A stretch of DNA of 64,000 nucleotides from positions 755,872-819,871 of the forward strand of contig NW_002060945.1 in assembly GCF_000150275.1 (NCBI RefSeq), given 5' to 3'. Position numbers and translations under genes: made by a program. Below the pieces are notes generated by a model. That model was not told where the DNA came from and did not search any database. It saw nothing but the letters and a program-made list of their open reading frames with translations. The stretch comes from Trichoplax adhaerens. Taxonomy: Eukaryota; Animalia; Placozoa. Positions 22,636 through 33,700 of this stretch are shown here, in pieces (position 1 is the first letter of the stretch; the number at the start of each line of letters is the position of its first letter).

Positions 22636-25600
22636 ATGTTTGTACCACGTATAATCAGTAGAAATAGTAAAGATGACAAGAAAGACAGCAAGAACATTCG
22701 TAAACAAATAGCAGCTAGCAAGATTAACGAGCTCCAATGTCGGACAGGCCCAAGTATAGATGGAGATACAATTATTTCATTACAGAGTCATCCAATCAGT
22801 CATGGAGAGATGCTGGAGATCCAACAAGAAAAGCAAGAGTTGAAAAAAGAAAAAATTGAAGAAGAGAATAGCGATAGCGATAAAGATAATGAAGAAATTG
22901 TTTCATTTAGTAAAAATCAACGTTGGCCACAAGACGATGAACCGAAATGTGTTATGTGCGGACGTTATGGAGCTTACATATGCGATCAAACCGACGAGGA
23001 TGTTTGCAGCTTAGAATGCAAGGCCAAGCATTTACATGATATTCAGCATAAAGTAAGAATATCATTGGAAGAACGGAAAAAGGTTTCTATTCTCTGGCTT
23101 AAGATGAACATTCATTAACTCAGTAGTATCGCACTTATAATATTGCATTGCACTATCCTGAAAGATGTTCTTAGCAAGATCGCCTACTATATCATTGACT
23201 TAAAATTCAATGAAGGGTATTTGCTTTCGTAGTTACTGCTAATGCATAAGTTTCTCATATAACGATTATTTTTACCTGAATAGTTAAAAATGGTAGTAGA
23301 GTATTCTTACCAGGAGCATGAACAAGTAGCTAACTTGCAGCTTAACCAAGTAGAGAATTTACGTCAAGAGGTAAAGTATCGATTTATTGCTATATTGCAA
23401 CTTTACACTAGGAGTAGAACTACCGTTCATAAATTAATTGTCAGATTTGAAAAATAATCTGGTTTTCAATTCAATAAGTTAACGAATGTTCAATTGAGCC
23501 TGTTTTCACTTACTAATGTCACTAAGATATATGGTAATAATTACGTTTTATTCTAGTTGTAAATTACGAAATTAGAATAAATGATTTATCATACTTTGAT
23601 ATTATTATAGAATTTTAAACGTAAAAATCTTGGTTCTTTTATGCTAATTTGCTAAGTGTTATGGCAAGGACTACTAGAATCCCTAGTAGTTGTTACTATA
23701 GTTTAGTTCATTGGTCGATTTTTATTATCATATGGTGATTGTAAAGGTCACTAGTTGAAGCAGTTAGTTTTTATGAGATCAATTGTTACTCTTATAAATT
23801 ACAGACGTTTCAATTATATAGGAAGGATTTTATAACAGCCCTATAGTAAACCATGTTATAACATCATATTATAAGATGGTATTATTGAATTCATAGCCAT
23901 AGTAACTGCCAGTTTAGTTAAGCTGAGGTATATTATATTGCTTATGCGTGCTATAAATATTGTAAAAATGTCAGTTACTAAAATTGAGAAGTGGAAGAAA
24001 ATTTATGCTCAAATATTTGTAGCGATGATGTTACTCATAATGATATTTCTCTTTTCATGTTAGCTTGACATAAAAATAGAGGGTAACCATTCACCAAATC
24101 CAATCTTTGAATTTGAGCATGTTTCGCTAGATCCTAGAAGTAAGTGATTATCTTATACAGTAGTATAATTACATGTAATAGGAGAACAACTGGAATACTT
24201 GAAAATATTCTTATTTAACTGAACCTTAACGTTATAGTCATGAAAAACTTGCAAGCAAATGGCTATATTAGCATGACGCCGGTTCAAATGCAAGTTATTC
24301 CAGCTGCTTTAAGCAAGAGAAATTTACTTGTTTCTTCCCCAACAGGTTCTGGAAAAAGTAGGTTTTATGAAGAGTTAATTTAAGATTTACTCATTATTGG
24401 TTTAATCTGCAAAGTCTCCATAAGTAATGTGCATAAGGCCTAACCCTTGCATCATTTCATTTGTCTCACTTCTAGCTGGTTCATTCCTTATTCCATTAAT
24501 CCACATGACATTTTTTGAGAAAGATGACGAACAGGAACAGGCACCAAAAGTGTTAATTTTATCACCCACGAGAGAACTATGCATACAAATTGAAGATCAG
24601 TGTAAAGAAATCATGACAGGTCGTATTCATTTACCGTGTGTTATGTTGCAGATAGAAATCCAATCTAGCAGTTGATTGAATTGTTATATATACGGCAATA
24701 AGTAAAAGGCTTTATCTTACCATCAGGGTTACCTAATATGAAAACTTGCTTAATTGTTGGGGGCTTACCTTTACCACAGCAACTTTATAGATTAAAACAA
24801 GGAATTCAGGTACTCATACCGTATGTACTACGTATTATGCTAAAATTCGGCAGTTCTTGTAAACTTAATAACCTAATCGCTTATTGATTTTCTAATCTTA
24901 AAAAAGGAGTTAACTCAATTTATTTTACTTCATTGTAGTTTGTAATCGCGACACCAGGGCGATTAATCGATATTATATCAAAGCATGGTAAAACATTTAA
25001 GCTTAGTGACTGCAATAGTATTTTAAATATTTTTAGTTATTGTAACAAGTTTAATCTTAACTTATATTATTATGATTATCATTTATAAGAGATTAATTTT
25101 AGCAAGGTAAAGACTGTCGTTATTGATGAAGTTGATGCTATGATGCAGTTGGGATTTGAAAAGCAGGTATACTAATTAAATAATTAATTGTGCTCGGAAA
25201 ATGCCGCACAATAATTCATTTATCTAGTAGCTAAATATTTTGCAATGATAACTGTCATAGCCATTACTGTCGGACCTCACGACTCAAGCATGCTCACCTT
25301 ATTTCTTGTGCCTTTGCGTGTATATGCAGGTTGAACAAATAATGCAAGTGATTCCACGCGATCACCAAACGTTAATGTTCTCAGCTACTGTTACTGTAGG
25401 CGTGGAAAAGATGACATCCGTAATGCTTTCTAATCCTATAAAAATCTCTGTTGGAAAGGTAAGATACTATATCAGTGAATTATCTATAGACTAGTCCCCA
25501 AAAATTTAACTACGTGATATCTACCAATTGCAGCCCAATTCATTAAATCCGTCAGTAAAACATTTGGTATTGTGGGTAGAAGAACAATCTAAGAAGAAAA

Positions 25601-26802
25601 TGCTTTTTACTATCATTAACGATGGAAAGCATTTCCAGTAAACTAATAATTACGTGATTGCTTTGCTACTTGTGTCCGATTAGTTTTTTTAAATTGCGTA
25701 GTCACAATGTTATACTTATAGATTCAAATATTGTTTCTATCACTATCTATAGCCCACCTACATTGATCTTTGTTGCTTCAAAAATAGGAGCTGATTTTCT
25801 AGCTGATGCTATTAATGCGGTCGGTGCTGGCATCAGTTATTTGAGTTATTTAATATTAGCCAAATAAACGAATTACAGCGTTTACATTTTAAATTAACTA
25901 AATTTTTCCTATAGAAATGTCGTATCCGCGCAGCTTCTTTGCATGGGGATAAGCCACAACAAGACAGAATAAATACTCTGAAGCTGTTCCTTGAAGGCAA
26001 GCATCCTATTCTAGTAACAACTGGAGTTGCAGGAAGAGGCATCGATTTGGAATGTGTTAAGCAGGTAATAATAGTGTATTAAATAGTTAATTTTTAGGGA
26101 TATACTGATACTACGATCAATACTGTTTTCATGTATTAACGTAGGTCATACATTTTGATTTACCGACAAACATCCACGAGTATATTCATCAGGTAACGTT
26201 TACCTATTATCATTAGTAACCACATTACTATAGATAGTTTAATTGCAATTTTTGGATACTTCCAACCAGGTTGGTAGAACTGGCAGACTTCATTCATTGG
26301 GATGGGCTATTAGCTTGATTAATAACGACAGTAAAGATATCCTTTTACTATAATATCTAAAATTGTAGTAATTTCTTCATTTCGATTTTAACGACATGTG
26401 CTACCAACCGCTTTGTTTCCTTAACATCACTATAAGTATTTTCAAGGACCTTGTGGATCTCATGCAACCCCTAGATGTTCGTTTACCTCATGAACTACTA
26501 AACTCCCCTTATTTGCAACAAGCTCGAAAGAAAAAGAAGAGAGTGCAAGATAAAATCATCGATAGGTACATAGCTTCCCTGATATGACTAAATTTTTCTA
26601 TAACATAGTTTGAATAGACGTTTTCTTTAGTAATGAAGTGAAAGATATTGGTTAATAAATACCCTACAGGGCCTTTACGTAACGTTACTCTAATAAAATC
26701 AATAATTCTATTTCTATCTACTTCTGATAACTCATAAACAGTCAGAATCTTATGGAACTAATAAGAAATTCAAAGAAGCGCAAGTATCATAAGAAGACGT
26801 AA
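22636..26802 (+). CDS. DDX59: DEAD-box RNA helicase DDX59 (N-terminal zf-HIT zinc finger), 16 exons
   Basis: MFVPR start; zf-[31 protein letters not shown]; Q-motif TPVQMQVIP; motif I SPTGSGKT; Ia PTRELC; [12 protein letters not shown]; TPGRL; motif II DEVD; motif III SAT; GRGIDL; motif VI HQVGRTGR; C-terminal [11 protein letters not shown]...NLMELIR, typical of DDX59; TAA at 26800-26802. Confidence 0.95.
26337..26435 (+). other. U12-type (minor spliceosome) intron with AT-AA termini in DDX59
   Basis: 5' splice site ATATCCTTT at 26337; branch site TTTCCTTAAC at 26416-26425. Of the AC/AG/AA/AT options, only a 3' end at ...CTATAA| (26435) restores the frame, giving NNDSK-G-IFKDL. Confidence 0.85.
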
Positions 26803-29001
26803 TATAACAAACTATCATAAGATTGGCTGCAAATAGTTGTTAATAGAGAATTTGTAAGGAATTTGCACTTTTTATTGTATAATATATGATAACGCATGCA
26901 TCATCAGAAGATGTAATGTATTAGACCATCACAAAATTCATTGTACATAGTCATTAATAGAGAATTTGCTAGAAATTTATATTTTTTTTGTATAATATAT
27001 GCAGCTTCCATCATAAGATTTTAAATGATTTAATCTTGTCTAGCTCTGATTATATTTTGATATTGTACACCAGATTGGAACTGATGCTACGCATTCATGA
27101 AATAATTTGATATACAATTGTCAACACTGCTGCATAGATGATCATTTACGAAAGATACAAGAATAAAGATAATTTATGTTACTATGATGTAAATTATCTC
27201 TCTAACTGTACAGTAAAGGAAATAAATATTTATGCTCTTTGATTTCCTACGATTAAAAATACAAACCGTTAATAACTTATCAATTATTCTATACTACTTT
27301 CAAGTTGTGCTGCATTAACAAAATAATAGATAAATCTGTAATGTATAGCACTATAACTCTTCTAAATGTAAGCCATTTAAATATTAATATGATATATGTA
27401 TAATGATCTATCTGTTTAACTCAACTCTTACGTTGGTTATACGCCGTGTTTACTATCATTGGTGATGATGTACGGCGCGACAATAGCAAATCTAATCAGT
27501 GATAGTAAATAAGTCTTATGCGGGAGTAAATACCCTATAGATGGAGAAGGTATCAGTTATGAATTACTTGAATTACTAACACAAATTTAGCTATATATTT
27601 ACTAATTATTAATCGTACGATTGCAGAAAAACTTATACGGCAATAAAACTTTAACGGACCTAATAAATAAGTTAGATCTCCGAATAGTTGCACAACAAAC
27701 ATTTGAAATACACTGTACGCATTTTTTCAGGTAATCCTATTGCAGGTTAATCATATCAATTATTATTACCGAAATAATGCTCATATTAGCTTAGCTTTTA
27801 AATACTAGTATGAATAAGATCAATCAATTTAATACTATATTAGCACAGTAGTGTATTGTCTGCCTACTCTGGCGTTAGTAATGTTATCAATAGTCCCAAG
27901 AATAATCTTGGCTGGTATAGTTTGAGTTATCAAACTTACAATGGTAAATAAGTAAGTCGAGCCTATATAATTCCGATGGCATTCATATAGGCCATTCTTT
28001 GTAACCCATTACCTCTCGTATGGTATTACTCAAAGGCATATAAAAGCGTTAGGAGAAGGAGCTATATACGCATATACAAACGTACAGTCAAAGCTGATCT
28101 TGATACCGTGAAATAATTTTATTAGTTTATTGCGTATCAACAGATCATTTCGGCGCCTGGAACGGGTAGAACGGATACAGATAAATAGCTACGTGAAAAC
28201 ATAGGTAATCCCATCATTATCAAGCTTGTAAATATGTTGACCAATTATAAGAATGGAATCTCTTAGAAAGTTAAGGGTGTTGTTCTGTTATAATAAAGAC
28301 GATGATGGCGTACAGTAATTATTAACAATTTTACACCATAACAATAATGAAGCATATCATAGTCGATGCTATTATTTCAGTAACCTCGTGAGGTGTGTTC
28401 CATTTCAGAAGTACAATTGTAATCATTATCATAACATGCTGAATTATTTTATAAAAACATCTTTTGATGGATAATTGTTTACTCTTCTCTGTTTATTTCA
28501 TAATTGTTAATAAGGTATGGAAAACCATAATTTAAGTTAGAATCGTCATATACATGGGTACGGTAAATATCCGTTCCCTGAATTGTCAATTTAGGTCACC
28601 AAAAACAGTGTACATAGAATCAATAAATCGTTCCACCATTCTTATTCGTAGGGAACCTGGTACGCTAACAATCACGCGATAAGCAAATTTCTGCAAACTA
28701 AAGAATGCTAGTTATTTAATAGGGTAGTAGGTACCTGTTGTAAAAACTCTATTGAGACCAAAGTTGATTGCAATCTTAAGAATTAGGATCAATTACTTAT
28801 CATGAAAATTTTATGTCGTTATAATATTTCCTTAACGGCAATTGATGGAATACCATATACTGCAGTGAAGATTAATTACTCTAAACACATAATTTTTAAC
28901 ACATTTGTGTCGTGTCTGATTTTTGTTCCTGATTTACCTTGTATTTTCTTATCCTGAGTTACTGACTTATTGTCATCATTTAGCTAAGAAATAGCTAGCT
29001 A

Positions 29002-29181
29002 ATTATCTCGTTTTTAACAGTCATTATTGCTTTGTTAAGAGGCGGAGATTGCGTTAATTACTTGCGTGATGTTGATATTGGTATGAATAATATTATCTCG
29101 TTTTTAACAGTCATTATTGCTTTGTTAAGAGGCGGAGACTGCTTCAATTACTTGCGCGATATTGATATTGGTATGCGTAAT
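29002..29181. repeat. Two-copy 90-bp tandem duplication
   Basis: ATTATCTCGTTTTTAACAGTCATTATTGCTTTGTTAAGAGGCGGAGA...GATATTGGTATG occurs at 29002 and 29092 with a few substitutions. Confidence 0.92.
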
Positions 29182-30772
29182 AGTATTTACTTAACTAACG
29201 ATGGAAAGCTATGCTAATCAAATAGAGTAGAATATTTTTCATAACAACCTATGACATTGATGAAAAGAAGGGCGGTGGCGGTTATTATCTTAATTGCGGA
29301 TGATCCAATAATTGAATTACAGGGAAATTAATAATAATAGAAAAGATAATTTCCCTATTTAATCAATAGAAATGTAAATTATAATCCTCTTAATTAAATA
29401 TGGTAATGAATTAAATTTACCAAAATATTCTGCTTATTAGTCACCTTACCAGCTACTTAATTGGCCGTTAATGCAACGCCCTGATTGAGTCAAGTTCATT
29501 TCGATCATCGACGAAGAAATAAGTGGAAAATCTCGAAGAAGTTATAAGTAAGTTCATTTAAATCTTGTCTTATTTCAAATTTTTAAAATAAATCTTTCAT
29601 GCATGGCCTGGAAAATTGTCATGCATATGACTCTATAGTTTATTTTAGTAGAGAAATTTCTTTTTGAGGATTAAGATAACTTTCACAGCAGCTCAGAATG
29701 TCTCTATCATTCCCTGCCGTCTAGTCTTATACTTTTATATCCGCTAATTAGCGGATTAGAAATTATAGCAACGCCTTAGATATTATGTAATAACTCTCGA
29801 CATTATTACCTTGATAGATTAATTTCTCATACCTATAATATACTCAGAATTTGAATATCTATTTGATAAAGTAATAATTAATTAATTGATAACAGAAAAT
29901 ATTAGACTGTTAAAGTTTTTCAATCATGATCTTCAGAGCTCTATTTTTGTTGTATTTCATTCTACAAAAGCACGTTGCAACCTAAATTATAATTATCATG
30001 CATATGTCGTCCGACCTATCTACATAATAAATTATCATCAGGCTCAGGATGTTACAATTTGAGGTGATAAATAAAAGCAGAAATATATGGGGCAGCATAC
30101 GCTCTCGATTAAGACTAAATTTTCTGCAAAAATGCACCAAACAATTATTACATGAAACGGGGTGGCGCACTCCTGCAGCTAAGGTTGAATTTTTCGCCTT
30201 TTTTGCATTATTTGCCATCATTTCGCATCAAATTTATTATTAAACTCAAAGTAACAGATGGTGGAGTTCATCGAAACTTATTACGTGTGCGATCGAAATT
30301 CGATAACTTAATACCTCTACCTTTGCAAAGTAATTTTACGGAAGACCAGTTTTATCCTATCCTTTTTCGATTTCTCAGCTGAAAATGCAGTCAAATTTTA
30401 TTAACATTATTAGGTGGACACTGTCAAAACCCATCATAGCTTTCAATTCCGATTAGACGTAAAAAGATATAACCTACTTTTAAGCCGAAAAATTCAACAA
30501 CTTTAAATTAGCCTTCTTGAACACCTTTTAGAGCAATATTGGTCACGTAATGACACAATTGATTAAATAAATAAGAATAAGCTGTACATTCTACTCTATC
30601 TCTAATCGCCGTATTTGCATCTTGCTATCGTTAAATTAGTAGTTAGATATTGAATCGTAACAGTTGCAACGATTACTATCCATGATTGTATTTTAAGTTC
30701 GATTATTCTTTCATAATTTTAGAGAACTGAAATTTTGACTCAAATAAGAATACTTGATATTCTGTTGAAGAT

Positions 30773-33700
30773 ATGGCTTTCCAAAGTCATTTGGTCAAGA
30801 TTGCGATTTTCTTGACACTGCTAATCAATTTAAATTCTTCCTTAGAAAGTTTTGGAAAAGCAGGTAACTGTAATAATACTGTCGTACTAATATTACTACT
30901 GAATATTAAGACGATTGGAATCGTATACAAATCCTTGACCATAATTTAGTGCTCGATCTTAATTTTATCATCTAATGAGGAAGATAGAGGAATAAAATTG
31001 CCTTCAAATGTTTTAATAGTGAGCTTGATTGCCTTACTTTACCTACTGCAAACTCGATATACCGTGTCTATTGCCGTAAATAAGTTTATCAGATATCAAA
31101 GTACAGAAATATAACACATAAACCAGTAATATAATTCTTCTATAAACAGTTTGATGATACTATGATTGATATGAAATGACCTATTTTAAAATTTCATCAT
31201 TGGCGATACGTTATCCATAAATTGATACTTTCCGCAATTTACGGTAACAGTGAGCTTTATCGCTACCTTAATCTTATATCATTACTTCTACTAAAGTGGT
31301 ATAAATATGAAGTATATTCTAAGAATGATGATAGTGTAGTATAGTATAATCAAAATAGATACTTGTTGTATTTCCAACTTTAAACGTACTTCTAATATCT
31401 GTAGGCGATCCAAACCAGGCAACTAGCAATTATGGTAAAACTTTCTATGTTACATTTAATCATAATCCTGGCTCACTGGGTTATCCCATCCTTACTCTTG
31501 CTGCCGAAAGTCGTCAGGCTTCCGTAACTGTACGGTGCTTGGATGTTAGTTGTATGTTTCAAGTATCAGTAAGTTCAAAAAATACTACAGATGTTTCACT
31601 ACCATCGTCAATCCAAACTAAAGGAATGGGTTTCACGAATAGAGTAGTTCAAGTAACATCGACAGAAAATATTGCAGTATGGGGAAATAATTATCGATCT
31701 GGAAGTATCGATAGCTTTCTAGTTCTACCACGCCAATTATATGGTAAACGCTATGTTGTAGCTGGTTATAGGCCAACATTGAATTCTCAACTTTCAATTG
31801 TAGCAAGTGAACAAGATACACAAATTAATATTACATTCCCAGCTCCGATTACCTATAACGGAACTCATTATGATTCTCAAACACCATTGATGATGATGTT
31901 AAAAGCTAAAATGGCATTCAAATATTTTCATCAATTCGAAGATTTAACTGGTACTATGATTACATCATCACAAGATATAGCTGTTTATAGCGGTAATGAA
32001 TGTGCCAATGTCCCATTTGGGCAACCATTCTGTGATCATTTAATTGAACAACTTCCATCAGTAGACGATCTTGGTACACGTTATATAGTAGCCGGTTTTG
32101 GTGGACGCTTAGGTCATGATATTGTACGAATTACATCAGCTATGCCTTATACTATGGTATATTTAGGTAACGGTACATCGAAATCGCTACCAACTCGAGG
32201 CAGTCACTTTGAGTTCGAAGTCAATAGCGGTACAGCTATGTATCTTAATTGCAGCCGTCCATGCTTATTAACACAATATACTAAAGGACGATCAGTAGAT
32301 AGCACTAATTCTGATCCGATGATGATTTATATACCAGCTATTGATCAATACTCTAAAGATTATCTCTTCCGACCAACATTAATGCTTGGTACAGAGATTG
32401 TCCATTATATTACAATAATTATCGAAAAAGATCAAGTTAGTGGATTAACATTAGATGGAAATCCAATCAATTCATCGATATCATGGGTACAAGCTATGGG
32501 AACTCAATATGTCGCTGCAGCTATTCAAGTTAGCGGTTTAGATCATCAACTTCGTCATAGTAATCCATTAGTGACATTTGCTTTATTAATCTATGGTCAT
32601 GAACGAGTATCTGCTTATGGTATGCTCGGTGGAGTAAGTTATGGCCATCATTGCAATTTTGCTGGTGTACCAGGTGATCTAATTGATAATGATTGCGACG
32701 GACGTACTGATGAAGAATTATATAACGGTATCGACGACGATAACGACGGACGAATTGATGAGGATTTGTATCGACCATTTCCAACGTTGTATTTACCTCA
32801 AAACTATACTACCATTACATGTCAACCGATGCAATTTAATGCCAGTACTGAGATTACTGGCATGGCATCAGTAGGCAATATCGATCCTCAATGTAATAAT
32901 GATACCGATATAATACCCTACTATGATGATACGATGATTATCAGCCCTTGTGGTGTTCAAATATTGCGAAAGTGGTCGGTTGCAGATTCATGCGGTAATG
33001 TAGTCTCCGGGCAGCAAAGTATTATTGCTAGAATGGCTGGCCAACAATCCTATCAATTCCCCAATCACACTAGTGGCTCATGTCCTATTAATAGCTCTCT
33101 AGCTCTTAATGGCCAACCCATAATTGAAGATCCAACCGATTGTCCAGAAATTCAAATACCCCAACCTAATGTTACCTATCAAAGTATTTCTGTTTTCCGA
33201 TGTGCTTACTATGTTGAACGTATTTGGACTATCACTCCAGAACTATTATGTGGTCCACGCGCTCAATTCAAACAGTTAATAAGGGGCTACGGTAAGTGTT
33301 CAAATAGAGTACAGCCATGCTTTCAATTCAATTCTAGATTAGAACAATTGCTACTGCTACCGCTGCAGAACAACTGTAGCACACATTTGTTGGTTGTATT
33401 ATGCATCTTCTTCATACGGTGGCCAAAAAGAACCACTGCTCCACAATGCAAGATTTCTTTGCAGTGCAACGTGCCTGCTCCATACCTTCATCTACCCAGT
33501 TCGTGATCCGATGTGAATCGCTCGGACTAATGCTGATCACTGCAGCTTTTACGATGAGGCAATTTCGTCTAATCCATACTTTAGACAGCATAGGATGGGT
33601 CCTCTTCTCTAGTACGTCTTGGTTGATGTCCCGTTTGAGCTGGTAGTTTGTAGTAGAATTGGAATCAAAATTTGTTGCTGATTGTAATGCCGAATTGGTG

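Noticed and set aside
24140-24237. DDX59 intron with CCTTAAC near the 3' end, a possible second or converted U12 intron
   Set aside because: The donor is the U2-type GTAAGT; a partial branch-site match alone is insufficient.
26841-27020. Degenerate ~114-bp-period duplication after the DDX59 stop, and a 25-bp duplicate near 60602/60701
   Set aside because: Ordinary local slippage duplications in UTR or intron sequence with no evident function.
33415-33440. TACGGTGGCCAAAAAG resembling a Tc1-type terminal inverted repeat
   Set aside because: No matching inverted copy or TA target duplication found at the other end of the intron, and no transposase.
33292-33506. C-terminal 70 aa of the 655-aa ORF, and similar tails on other track ORFs
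   Set aside because: Read-through past a consensus GTAAGT donor; absent from the paralogous exon.
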